From Candidatus Micrarchaeota archaeon (GTDB lineage: Archaea; Micrarchaeota; Micrarchaeia; Anstonellales; Bilamarchaeaceae): a stretch of 45,978 bases of DNA. How positions within the stretch are numbered: the first letter of the stretch is position 1; the number at the start of each line of letters is the position of its first letter. The translations under genes and the position numbers were made by a program. The stretch spans positions 1 through 45,978 of the forward strand of contig JBDRIM010000061.1 of NCBI GenBank assembly GCA_043816005.1, in the 5' to 3' direction. Below, piece after piece: positions 1-9,349 of the stretch. The notes below the pieces were generated by a model, which saw nothing but the letters and a program-made list of their open reading frames with translations, did no database searches and was not told where the DNA came from.

Positions 1-119
1 TGGATATTGCGGCAGTTGGAAATATCAAAACCCCCCATTCATATCTAGATAAAGGAGCAACTGGAATTGGGGTTCGGTTGGTTACTGAAACATTAGTGAA
101 ATTAGCTAAGAAAAAATAG
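1..119 (+). CDS. 3' end of a gene entering the window (partial, unknown product)
   Basis: Open frame from position 3 reads DIAAVGNIKTPHSYLDKGATGIGVRLVTETLVKLAKKK, with TAG at 117-119. Confidence 0.55.
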   Translation, partial: DIAAVGNIKTPHSYLDKGATGIGVRLVTETLVKLAKKK

Positions 120-218
120 AGATGTTTCCATACAAATTTGAAAAATTTACTGATACAAAAAATAAAAAAGGCAGCGTATGATATATAGGTGGAGAGAAAC
201 TTAACACGAGTGATAACT

Positions 219-620
219 ATGGTCAAATATGCATTTAATGAATTCTCAGTTGAATGGTTAAAAGAAAATAGATTTAATGACGATGAAATTGATGAAATCC
301 AAACAATTTTGAATAAAGTTGAGATTGCAGAAAAACGAGATGAACTGCTAGGCAAGGTGCTCCGAAGTGTAGAACCAAAAATTGATGCCATAATTACACT
401 TTTATGTACCATCACAGATGCAAATGGCAGACCAATATGTTATGAGGATAATGGATTGATAGATATTCCTGACGAAGCAAGGGACCATTTTGAAAATGAT
501 CTTGAATTCGAGAAATTGGATATGTTTGTGGATAAGTTTAAGAAAGTAAAATTTGCCAAGCGATTTTCCTATCAAAAACGAAGAAGCGAAAAGAAAGGGG
601 AAAGACATCAATCACTCTAA
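219..620 (+). CDS. Hypothetical protein
   Basis: ORF 189..620. ATG at 219 follows GAGTGA (RBS-like). No recognisable motif. Confidence 0.6.
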   Translation: MVKYAFNEFSVEWLKENRFNDDEIDEIQTILNKVEIAEKRDELLGKVLRSVEPKIDAIITLLCTITDANGRPICYEDNGLIDIPDEARDHFENDLEFEKLDMFVDKFKKVKFAKRFSYQKRRSEKKGERHQSL

Positions 621-892
621 CGAATTATTGAAAATTTAGTTAAGTTATTTTTTGATTCACCCCAGATATATTCGAGTTCCTTTACCTCAGCTTCAGCCGG
701 ACCGTAATAACACCATTCAAGGAGTTTTTCTAGGCTTTTATGATCCCCTTCTGCAAGAATCTCAACAGAACCATCAGCTATATTTTTTACCCAGCCATAC
801 AAACCAAGTTTTAGTGCAAGATTTGTTGTTTCTATACGGAAAAAAACACCTTGTACTCTTCCAAAAACTTTGATATGTAGAGTTAACGTCAT
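617..892 (-). CDS. acyP: Acylphosphatase
   Basis: Signature motifs GRVQGVFFR and GWVKN..DGSVE; 91 aa. Confidence 0.95.
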   Translation of the reverse strand: MTLTLHIKVFGRVQGVFFRIETTNLALKLGLYGWVKNIADGSVEILAEGDHKSLEKLLEWCYYGPAEAEVKELEYIWGESKNNLTKFSIIR

Positions 893-983
893 AGAATTAT
901 GAATTAGAGCTAAAAGTATAAATAGTGAACAAATGATGAGGAAAACATACCTTTAAAACCACTTTCTCACACTAACTGTTAGA

Positions 984-2165
984 ATGACTATTAGGAGAAT
1001 GCATAGCGAGCAGCCTGGAGTAGGATTACGAACTGCACAACTCACACCTACGGGAATGGCTAGATGCATCACTAGACGAAGAGGATGGCCAGTTTTGGAA
1101 CCTCTTAGAATTGAACCAGCAACAAATACTGCAGCTGCATTTGGAAGAATTGCAAGTTCTTGGATGGATACTGGTCACAATATGGTAACTAGTAATCATG
1201 AAATAAGGAATTCGTGGTTACGGGACTATGCTGAGCAAGGAAATTTGCGCGGAATTAGAAAAATGTTAAGAGAAGGTGCAAATGTAAAAGCAATTGATGA
1301 CTTAAACGAAACTGCAATGGATAAAGCAAGAGCACAGTTTCATAGCGAGCATATTGGTTTTTCTGGAAAATTATTGATGCTTAGGATAATAAAGGAATTA
1401 AAAAAAGCTGAAGAACATACACTTAATCCAGAAACTAAAAAAGAAAGTATTGGAGTTATTGTTTCAGATCAAGTGAAAAAAGTTGCTAAAGCAACCATAA
1501 AGTTTACAGTTGGAATTCCTTTGACAATTGTTACAGTTGGAGCAGTAGTAACGGCAGGACTTTGTGGTAGTATTGGTCTGATTACATACCCATTCGAAAT
1601 AGTCTATGGTAATCTGCCTGAAGAATTTACAAAATTTGCATTGAAAATCCCAAATATACCACATAGCATATCTACAATCTTAGCAGCAACAGGAACAATA
1701 GTAATAGCCGCAGTTGGTATGGCCACTTTTAATAGTTTTTTCATGAGAAAAAAAGAATTCAGAAATCTTGCAGAAAATATAAAAACAGAAACTGTAAAAG
1801 TTTGCAAAACAGCATTTATTTGTACCTCATTTTCTGGATATCTTATTGGTGCAGTTGCAAATATAGCACATATAGCACAAACAGGCATCATATCCCAAGC
1901 TGGAGGCGTTCTACTAGTAGCAGGTTCATTTACATACAGATTAAGCAGATTTTTGATGGAAAATGAAAAGTTTGATTATGCTAAATTTTTGAAGAGAGGA
2001 GCACAAGACTTAGCAATAGCCGCATTGACAACTGTTGCTATTGGTGCAGGAATTGCTTACTACAACGGAGTAGCTATTTGGACTGGAAACTTTGTTGTAC
2101 CAGCCGCAGCTGTAGCAAATTATGCATTAGTAAGATGGTTGCTCAGAAACAAGAAAAAAAGATGA
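984..2165 (+). CDS. RRGWP-leader protein with an ankyrin-like repeat and a multi-TM C-terminal domain
   Basis: RRRGWPVLEPLRIEP near the N-terminus; ankyrin-like AEQGNLRGIRKMLREGANVKAIDDLNETAMDKA; several hydrophobic segments paralogous to 3282..4193. Confidence 0.75.
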   Translation: MTIRRMHSEQPGVGLRTAQLTPTGMARCITRRRGWPVLEPLRIEPATNTAAAFGRIASSWMDTGHNMVTSNHEIRNSWLRDYAEQGNLRGIRKMLREGANVKAIDDLNETAMDKARAQFHSEHIGFSGKLLMLRIIKELKKAEEHTLNPETKKESIGVIVSDQVKKVAKATIKFTVGIPLTIVTVGAVVTAGLCGSIGLITYPFEIVYGNLPEEFTKFALKIPNIPHSISTILAATGTIVIAAVGMATFNSFFMRKKEFRNLAENIKTETVKVCKTAFICTSFSGYLIGAVANIAHIAQTGIISQAGGVLLVAGSFTYRLSRFLMENEKFDYAKFLKRGAQDLAIAALTTVAIGAGIAYYNGVAIWTGNFVVPAAAVANYALVRWLLRNKKKR

Positions 2166-2169
2166 TTAT

Positions 2170-3264
2170 ATGGAACCAAGAACATTAAAATTTGGAATAA
2201 GGATGAAAGAGTTAGTAGCAGCTAGAAGAGGATGGCCAAAATTTGAACCACTTAGAGTGATGCCACCCCGATTGACAAGAGAAGAACAAGAGGCAGTGAA
2301 TCTCAGGCTTATTCGAGCTGAAACAGTAGAACAAGCAAGAGATGCTTTGAAAGATGGAGCTGACATTAATTGCGGAGTACAAAACAAATCCAGGGGGATA
2401 GATAATGCAACTGTCCTCATATTTGCAGTTATTGATGATAAACCGGAATTAGTAGAATTTTATTTAGAGCAACCTGGGATTGGTATTAACAAGAAAGATA
2501 ATGATGGATATTCAGCAATAATGCATGCAGAATTCCATGGAAGAGAAAGGATAGTAACTGCACTCAGAACAAAAGGTGCTACTTTTACTGAAGAAGATAG
2601 ACAAAAAATTTACAATCTCAAGCTTATTCGAGCTGAAACAGTAGAACAAGCAAGAGATGCTTTGGAAAATGGAGCTGATATCAATTGTAGTGTACAAAAC
2701 ACATTCATAGGGATACGTGATGCATCAGTTCTCATATTTGCAGTTATTGATGATAAACCGGAATTATTTGATTTCTATTTGGAGCAACCTGGGATTGATA
2801 TTCACAGGAAAGATGATAATGGATTTAGTGCTATTATGCGTGCTGAATTTCGTGGTAGACCAGAAATGATAGCTAAACTCAGAGCAAAAGGTACTACTTT
2901 TACTGAAGAAGACAGAAAAAAAGTTTACACGCTCAGACTTATTCGAGCTGAAACAGTAGAACAAGCAAGAGATGCTTTGGAGCATGGAGCTGATATCAAT
3001 ACAGGTGTTTGGCAAAAAGACCAGCTTAGCAATGCATCAGTTTTGATAGCCACAGTTATTAGGAATAGTAGTAAACTCTTTGATTTTTATCTTTCTCAAC
3101 CAGGAATTGATGTGAATAAACGAGATGCATTTGGTTGGAATGTATTGATGTATGCTGTACACCACAAACGTACTAGCATGGAAAGAGCATTACGAAAGAG
3201 TCTTACTTTATCACGAGCTGAAGAAGAAGCTGTAACTGCATACAAAGCTTATCGCCCAGAATAA
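2170..3264 (+). CDS. RRGWP-leader ankyrin-repeat protein
   Basis: ARRGWPKFEPLRVMP leader, then three ~105-aa units with ankyrin signatures (GADIN, D.DG.SAIM.A, DVNKRDAFGWNVLMYAV). Confidence 0.85.
   Translation: MEPRTLKFGIRMKELVAARRGWPKFEPLRVMPPRLTREEQEAVNLRLIRAETVEQARDALKDGADINCGVQNKSRGIDNATVLIFAVIDDKPELVEFYLEQPGIGINKKDNDGYSAIMHAEFHGRERIVTALRTKGATFTEEDRQKIYNLKLIRAETVEQARDALENGADINCSVQNTFIGIRDASVLIFAVIDDKPELFDFYLEQPGIDIHRKDDNGFSAIMRAEFRGRPEMIAKLRAKGTTFTEEDRKKVYTLRLIRAETVEQARDALEHGADINTGVWQKDQLSNASVLIATVIRNSSKLFDFYLSQPGIDVNKRDAFGWNVLMYAVHHKRTSMERALRKSLTLSRAEEEAVTAYKAYRPE
2308..3250 (+). repeat. Three tandem ~315-bp intragenic repeats (third more diverged)
   Basis: An identical 42-mer CTTATTCGAGCTGAAACAGTAGAACAAGCAAGAGATGCTTTG starts at 2308, 2623 and 2938 (period 315). 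Confidence 0.9.
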
Positions 3265-3281
3265 TTTAGTGAAATGATTAT

Positions 3282-4193
3282 ATGGAACCAAGACCATTGA
3301 GAACCAGAGAAATCGCACATGCATTAACAGCTAGGAGAGGATGGCCAAAACTTGAACCACTTAGAATTGAACCTGTTTCGGCTAGGCTAGCTGAACATAT
3401 TTTTGTTAGACCTCCTGAACCATTACCTCCAATAAAAAAAGAAAGACCATTTGTTGTAAAGGCTTTTATTAGTGGAGCAACGTTGATAATGAATGTCGCG
3501 GCTGTACTTTTATTAACAGCAACAACAATGGTTGGTGGAATTGCTGGTGGATTAACAGCACTTGCAAGCACTGTTGCATTGCCAATAGAATTAACATTCG
3601 GCAGACTTTCTGGAGAACTTAGAATACTCAATACTTTCCCTCATATCAAAGAATTACCTGCTTCGCTTTCAACATTTGTATTAGGCATTGGAATTTGGAT
3701 GGTAACTGCATTTCCACTTCAAATGATGGATACTTCCCCAATTAATGTAAGGGAATTTTTACATTCAACAAAAGAATTTTTCAAAGACAGTGCTAATGTT
3801 GTAGCACATACACTTGTTTATTCAACATTAACAGTTGGTTTTGGCGCAAATATAGTTCATTGTATTGAAACTGGGGTGATTTCTACAACTGGTATTGTAA
3901 TGCTTGCTTTAGCAGCAGTTGGTCATGGAATTCTTAAATTTAGAAGAGAACAAAACAAGTATGTATTTGGTAGACCAAAAAGTGAAACAATAGAAAAAGT
4001 TGCAAAAATGGTAAGTGATAGCGTTAACGCATTAATGGTAACTGTAGGGATAACCAGTGCTGTTGAGGTTGGAATTGGAATTGCACAAAATAATGCGATA
4101 ATTGCGATGTCTTCTGTTCCTTATTTGGCTGCTTTACTTATCTTAGAAATAGCTAACATTGTACTAATACGACAAAGTCAAAAAGGAAGATAA
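3282..4193 (+). CDS. RRGWP-leader multi-pass membrane protein
   Basis: ARRGWPKLEPLRIEP leader. TM region aligns with 984..2165 (PIELTFGRLSGE vs PFEIVYGNLPEE; ANIVHCIETGVIS vs ANIAHIAQTGIIS). Confidence 0.75.
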   Translation: MEPRPLRTREIAHALTARRGWPKLEPLRIEPVSARLAEHIFVRPPEPLPPIKKERPFVVKAFISGATLIMNVAAVLLLTATTMVGGIAGGLTALASTVALPIELTFGRLSGELRILNTFPHIKELPASLSTFVLGIGIWMVTAFPLQMMDTSPINVREFLHSTKEFFKDSANVVAHTLVYSTLTVGFGANIVHCIETGVISTTGIVMLALAAVGHGILKFRREQNKYVFGRPKSETIEKVAKMVSDSVNALMVTVGITSAVEVGIGIAQNNAIIAMSSVPYLAALLILEIANIVLIRQSQKGR

Positions 4194-4221
4194 AATAAAA
4201 AAGAAGATGAAAATGTATAAA

Positions 4222-5868
4222 CTAATCCATGCCCATCATTCCGCCAGGACCTCCTGGTGGCATACCGCCTCTAGAACCGCCTCGTGAACTGATGATATCA
4301 TCGATTCTTAAGATCAGTCTTGCGGTTTCTGTTGCTGAAACAATTGCTTGTTTTTTGACTTTTGCAGGCTCAAATACGCCAGCACTTTTCAAATCAGCAA
4401 CTTTGCCATGCATAACATCAACACCAACATTTTTGCCTGTTGCTTCTTTGTGTTTTGTTCTGAGGGCAACGATAGTATCAATTACATCCATACCTGCATT
4501 TTCAGCTAATGCTCTTGGTATAGATTCCATGGAGTCTGCAAATGCCTGAACAGCAAGCTGTTCTCTACCGCCTATTTGTATGGCATAATTTTGAAGCTCT
4601 TTGCTGATTTCCATTTCAACACTGCCTCCACCCACGACGTACTTACCATCTTGTAATGCACTTGAAACAGCACCCCTAGCATCAACAACTGCTCGTTCTA
4701 CTTCACTGACTACATGGTCAGTTCCGCCACGAACAAATATAGTAACTGATTTTGGATCTTTGCATTTTTCAACAAAAACCATTGATTCGCCTGCAATTTT
4801 TCTCTCTTCAACAAGACCAGCATTACCAAGATCTGCTTCTTTGAGATCTTCTAAAGTAGATACAACAATACCACCAGTTGCACGTGCAAGTTTTTCCATA
4901 TCACTTTTCTTCACACGTCTGATAGCTGAAATTCCTTTCTTCGCAAGGAAATGTTGAACTAAATCATCAATACCTTTTTGACAGAATACAATAGTGGCAT
5001 TTGCTGCAACGATTTTCTCAACCATATCCCTCATCATTTTTTCTTCTTGGTGAAGGAATGCTTCCATTTTGTCTGGTGATGTTATTTCGATCTTTGCATC
5101 TGTTTCTGTTTTTTCTATTTCAAGAGCTGCATCCAAAAGTAGGATTTTTGCATCTTTTACTGATTTTGGCATTCCTGCATGAACAATTTCTTTATCAATA
5201 AGAACTCCTCTAATAAGTTCAGTGTCAAGAACTTCTCCACCTGCCTTCTTTTCTATTTTAATAAGATCAAGATCAACAACTGTCTTGGCGTCTTTTTTCT
5301 CTGCGACCTGTATAACTGCTTCTGCCATCAGAGTTGCGATTTTTTTCTTTTCATCGTCAGTACCAATACCTTTTGACCCCATTGAAATGTTTGCAATTTT
5401 TACCAAAATTTCTTTGTCAGCAGATGTAACTGGTTCTGCAATCTTAGCTAAAACTTCTTCTGCTTTTTTTGCTGCAAGTTCGTAACCTTTGATAATAACT
5501 GTTGGGTGGATATTTTGATCAAGCAATTCACCTGCTTTTCTAAGCAAGTTACCAGCCAAAACAACACTTGTTGTAGTTCCGTCACCAACTTCTTTGTCTT
5601 GAGTTTTTGCAACTTCAACCATGAGCTTTGCGGCTGGGTGGTCAACATTCATTTCTTCAAGAACAGTTCTACCGTCGTTTGTTATTACTATATCCCCTAA
5701 ATCAGAGACAAGCATCTTGTCCATACCTTTTGGACCTAAAGTAGTTTTTATTATATTGGCAACTGCATAACCAATTGCAATGTTAACTCTCATTGCATCC
5801 CTTCCAATAACCCTCTGGGCTCCTTCTGGGAGCACATATGTCTGATCTCCACTTACTTGTTTACTCAT
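4222..5868 (-). CDS. ths: Thermosome (group II chaperonin) subunit
   Basis: [23 protein letters not shown], and a Gly/Met-rich tail. Confidence 0.97.
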   Translation of the reverse strand: MSKQVSGDQTYVLPEGAQRVIGRDAMRVNIAIGYAVANIIKTTLGPKGMDKMLVSDLGDIVITNDGRTVLEEMNVDHPAAKLMVEVAKTQDKEVGDGTTTSVVLAGNLLRKAGELLDQNIHPTVIIKGYELAAKKAEEVLAKIAEPVTSADKEILVKIANISMGSKGIGTDDEKKKIATLMAEAVIQVAEKKDAKTVVDLDLIKIEKKAGGEVLDTELIRGVLIDKEIVHAGMPKSVKDAKILLLDAALEIEKTETDAKIEITSPDKMEAFLHQEEKMMRDMVEKIVAANATIVFCQKGIDDLVQHFLAKKGISAIRRVKKSDMEKLARATGGIVVSTLEDLKEADLGNAGLVEERKIAGESMVFVEKCKDPKSVTIFVRGGTDHVVSEVERAVVDARGAVSSALQDGKYVVGGGSVEMEISKELQNYAIQIGGREQLAVQAFADSMESIPRALAENAGMDVIDTIVALRTKHKEATGKNVGVDVMHGKVADLKSAGVFEPAKVKKQAIVSATETARLILRIDDIISSRGGSRGGMPPGGPGGMMGMD

Positions 5869-5898
5869 AGATACACCTCATAAAAATTCCGATTTTGG

Positions 5899-5979
5899 AA
5901 AGAAACGCATAGCGTTTCTTTACTGTCGTGAAACCTGGTTTCACTTCATTATTAAGTAAAAACACACTAGCGTTTTTAC
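5899..5979. repeat. Cluster of three short hairpins upstream of the thermosome gene
   Basis: AAAGAAACGC-ATA-GCGTTTCTTT (5899-5921), GTGAAACC-T-GGTTTCAC (5928-5944), GTAAAAAC...GTTTTTAC (5956-5979). Confidence 0.8.
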
Positions 5980-6114
5980 ATCTCTAAATGTTAGTTTCCA
6001 TTCTAGTTTTTTCATTAACCAAAACAAGACAGATACTTATATTTATCAAAAACGTTTAAAAAACTAGCTAAGGCAGCTGCTAAAAACCTTTTGAGCCAGA
6101 TTACTATTGAAAAC

Positions 6115-9100
6115 ATGGATTTAGGCAAAAAACTTCGTGAAGCGCTAGCTAAACTTACTAATCGCCCTTATGTTGACGAGGACGACGTAAAAGCGCTCAT
6201 AAAAGACCTTCAAAGGGTCTTGATTTCTTCGGATGTCAGCGTAAAGTTAGTCTTTGCCTTATCAAAAAGAATAGAAGAACGGGCTCTCAAATCTAAAAAA
6301 ATTGAGGCACTTACACTCAAAGAACATGTCACAAAAATTGTCTATGAGGAATTAGTTTCGCTCATGGGACAGAGTTATACAACCAGACTAGATAAACATA
6401 AAATTTTGATGTGTGGCCTTTATGGTTCTGGAAAATGTGTCCATAAGGATACAATCATTCCACTTGCCAGTGGCAATGTGAAAACGATAAAGGAGATATA
6501 TGAAACATATCTAGTCAGAGGGGAACAGCAGATAGATAATGGATATTTGATAAAATGCCACTCCAACGGACCGGAAGTATACGCTTTTGATAAGGAAACT
6601 CTGAAAATATCGAAAAAGCGTGCGACAGCATTATGGAAACTCAAGAAAACATCGAAATTATTAAAGGTGAGTCTTGATAATGGAAACGCTCATTCGATAA
6701 TAGTAACTCCAGAACATCCTTTTTTCGTTCTTGATAACGGGGAGATAAAACAGGTTCGAGCAGACCAACTTCGTAGTAACGAATGTATTGCAACCGCTGC
6801 GATTCTTGAATTTGATGGAACCGAACAAAATTTTTATAAGGAAATAATACAGAAATTCGATGATTGTACAATCGAAAATAATGAGATGGCATCGCAAATA
6901 ACAAAAGAATTATTAGCCAGGTTTGGAACACTTCGAAATGCATATGAAAAAATACGACCCAAATCAGGATATTCGATTTTTACCACGAATCTGAAAAATG
7001 GACGCATGCATATCGATGTTATCAAAAAAATGGAGTTCTATGGAATATCGTTAATGACATTGGAACGGATAATGATAAAAGGTTCCAAAGCAGGCAGACG
7101 TAGTGGATCCGTTTCTGCTTCAATAACTTTGCCGACAAACCTTGATGAAGAACTGGCAGAATTTCTCGGATATGTGTGGGGCGACGGATACATATATCAC
7201 AACTACGTCGAGGTAACAAATAATGATTCTGAAATTCTTTCCAGATTAGACTACTTGTCAAAAAGATTATTTGGGACAAATGGAAAAATAAAAATAGACA
7301 AAAGAAACAATGTCAAAAAATTTACCATATGTTCGAGATTACTCGTCATGTTTTTAAATAGGATTTTTGGTGCTCCGATTGGGAAAAAAAGCAAAATTAT
7401 TAAGATCCCCGAATTAGTGCTGAAATCCAAAAAAACCGCCATACGGGGGTTCGTAAGAGGGTATTTCGATACAGATGGGTATGTTGAAAAAAATAGTCGC
7501 CACGTGGAATTTTGTTCTGCAAGTAAAAACTTAATTGAACAATTGCGTATTGTCCTCTTACGATTCGGAATGTTTTCTAATATTTCGCAAAAAACCATCA
7601 ACCAAACCGAATACTACAGACTATTTTTGAAAAGTGATGATGTTATAAAATTTGGAAAGGAGATATCATCAATTTTACCAAGAAAAAGGATACGGTTTGA
7701 AGAATTATCAAAAATATCCGGACAGGGACCTGGCTGTCATCAAATTATACCAGTTGGTAGACTGATACAAAGAATTAGGGAGAAATACGGCTTTTCAATA
7801 GGAGAGATTCAAAAGTATGTCAGTTCTTACGGAATTTATGAGGCTAATGGAGTTATCACCAGAAGTTCTTTAAGAAATTTTTTAGCTGCACTGGAAAAAC
7901 CGCATAAAAACTGGCTGGGACTTATCAAAAAGATTAAAAGTGGGTCGACTTACGGAAAGGTAATAGAAGAGAATAGAGAATGGGCAACTGCATCCCTTTT
8001 TAGACTAGAACAGCAGGGCCACATTTCAAAACAAAATGGAGGATTTGCACTTACACCAGCAGGGCATCAAATTCTAGAAGATGCTGAAGAAGATAACTAT
8101 ACTGGAATAGATAAATTGAAATCGCTTGCATTTTCAGACGTATGTTGGTTGGAAATAAAATCGATTGAGATAGTGGATGATGAAGAATGGGTTTACGATT
8201 TGACAGTTGATGATTTGCACACTTTTGTCGCAAATGGAATTATAGTTCATAATACAACATCTTGTGCTAAACTTGCTCATTTTTACAAAACAAAAGGTCT
8301 TAGTGTTGGGTTGGTTGCAGCAGATACTGATAGACCAGCTGCACAAGAACAATTAGAACAGCTTGCCAAACAAGTTGGTGCTGCCTATTATACTACTAAA
8401 GGAGAGAAAAGCCCTACAAAAATAGTTAAAGATGCTTTGAAAAAAGCCAAAGAAGATGTAATAATTGTTGACTCTGCTGGACGAAGCGGATTAGATGGCG
8501 GATTAGTAGAAGAACTTCGTGAAGTTGCTGAAGTTTTGAAACCAGAAGAATGTTACTTAGTTATCAGTGCTGACATTGGACAGGTTGCTGGAAAGCAAGC
8601 AACTGAATTCAATGCTGCGGTTCCACTTTCCGGCGTTTTTGTAACAAAGATGGATGGGTCTGGAAAAGGGGGTGGTGCATTAAGTTCTGTAGCTGCCTCA
8701 AATGCAAAAATTTCTTTTGTTGGTATTGGTGAAAAACCAAATGATATTGAAGTTTATAATTCTGAAAGATTCGTCGGTAGATTGCTTGGAGTTCCAGACA
8801 TTGGAGCATTAATGGAAAAAATAAAAGAAATTTCAGAAACAAGTGACCTTAAAAAAATTGAAACAGATGAACTTACAATTGAATCTTTTTACGAACAGCT
8901 AAAAGCAGCAAAAAAACTCGGCCCTCTTGGAAATGTACTTGGTATGCTTGGCGCTGCAGATGTACCTAAAGAAATGGTTCAGCAAAGTGAAGAAAAGCTG
9001 AAAAAATTTGAATGTATGATTAATTCAATGACAAAACAAGAGAAAAAAGATGCTAGTGTACTGAAAAACAATGCTGGTAGAATAGCACGAATTGCAAAAG

Positions 9101-9252
9101 GAAGCGGCTGTAGTGAAAGAGAAGTTCGAGAATTTTTATCCCAATTTGAAAAAATGGAGAAAATGATGGGGATGTTCAAGAAAAACCGTGGCTTCAGAAA
9201 GAAAATGGAAAAGATGATGTCGGGAAAGCAAGGCTTTCCCGGAATGAAGTGA
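6115..9252 (+). CDS. srp54: Signal recognition particle protein SRP54, intein-containing
   Basis: N domain DLQRVLISSDV; GLYGSGK/TTSCAKLA P-loop split by an intein; DTDRPAAQEQL, DSAGR, TKMDGSGKGGG; M domain MINSMT..RIARIAKGSG. Likely start is ATG 6115. Confidence 0.96.
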   Translation: MDLGKKLREALAKLTNRPYVDEDDVKALIKDLQRVLISSDVSVKLVFALSKRIEERALKSKKIEALTLKEHVTKIVYEELVSLMGQSYTTRLDKHKILMCGLYGSGKCVHKDTIIPLASGNVKTIKEIYETYLVRGEQQIDNGYLIKCHSNGPEVYAFDKETLKISKKRATALWKLKKTSKLLKVSLDNGNAHSIIVTPEHPFFVLDNGEIKQVRADQLRSNECIATAAILEFDGTEQNFYKEIIQKFDDCTIENNEMASQITKELLARFGTLRNAYEKIRPKSGYSIFTTNLKNGRMHIDVIKKMEFYGISLMTLERIMIKGSKAGRRSGSVSASITLPTNLDEELAEFLGYVWGDGYIYHNYVEVTNNDSEILSRLDYLSKRLFGTNGKIKIDKRNNVKKFTICSRLLVMFLNRIFGAPIGKKSKIIKIPELVLKSKKTAIRGFVRGYFDTDGYVEKNSRHVEFCSASKNLIEQLRIVLLRFGMFSNISQKTINQTEYYRLFLKSDDVIKFGKEISSILPRKRIRFEELSKISGQGPGCHQIIPVGRLIQRIREKYGFSIGEIQKYVSSYGIYEANGVITRSSLRNFLAALEKPHKNWLGLIKKIKSGSTYGKVIEENREWATASLFRLEQQGHISKQNGGFALTPAGHQILEDAEEDNYTGIDKLKSLAFSDVCWLEIKSIEIVDDEEWVYDLTVDDLHTFVANGIIVHNTTSCAKLAHFYKTKGLSVGLVAADTDRPAAQEQLEQLAKQVGAAYYTTKGEKSPTKIVKDALKKAKEDVIIVDSAGRSGLDGGLVEELREVAEVLKPEECYLVISADIGQVAGKQATEFNAAVPLSGVFVTKMDGSGKGGGALSSVAASNAKISFVGIGEKPNDIEVYNSERFVGRLLGVPDIGALMEKIKEISETSDLKKIETDELTIESFYEQLKAAKKLGPLGNVLGMLGAADVPKEMVQQSEEKLKKFECMINSMTKQEKKDASVLKNNAGRIARIAKGSGCSEREVREFLSQFEKMEKMMGMFKKNRGFRKKMEKMMSGKQGFPGMK
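6436..8253 (+). mobile_element. Intein (606 aa) with LAGLIDADG homing endonuclease, in the SRP54 P-loop
   Basis: Begins CVHKDT after GSGK; block B TPEHPF; LAEFLGYVWGDG and FVRGYFDTDG; ends VYDLTV..HTFVANGIIVHN followed by +1 Thr. Confidence 0.95.
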
Positions 9253-9310
9253 ACGGTTCGCCGTTCACAACATGGGTGGAAAAGGTCTGCAGGGAATGCC
9301 AGGAATCTAA
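9250..9310 (+). repeat. Hairpin followed by a relic alternative SRP54 3' end
   Basis: TGAACGG-TTCG-CCGTTCA (9250-9267). Then 9272-9310 encodes MGGKGLQGMPGI*, versus the real end MSGKQGFPGMK*. Confidence 0.7.
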
Positions 9311-9349
9311 ATAACAACTTTTATAAACATTTTTTGACACAGTTATGGC

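Noticed and set aside
1077..3374. RR in the shared leader as a Tat signal
   Set aside because: No S/T-RR-x-F-L consensus and no hydrophobic h-region following it.
4180..4215. AAAAGGAAGATAA / AAAAAGAAGATGA as another duplicated gene end
   Set aside because: Low-complexity purine run with no hairpin between the copies; likely chance or a terminator for the convergent gene.
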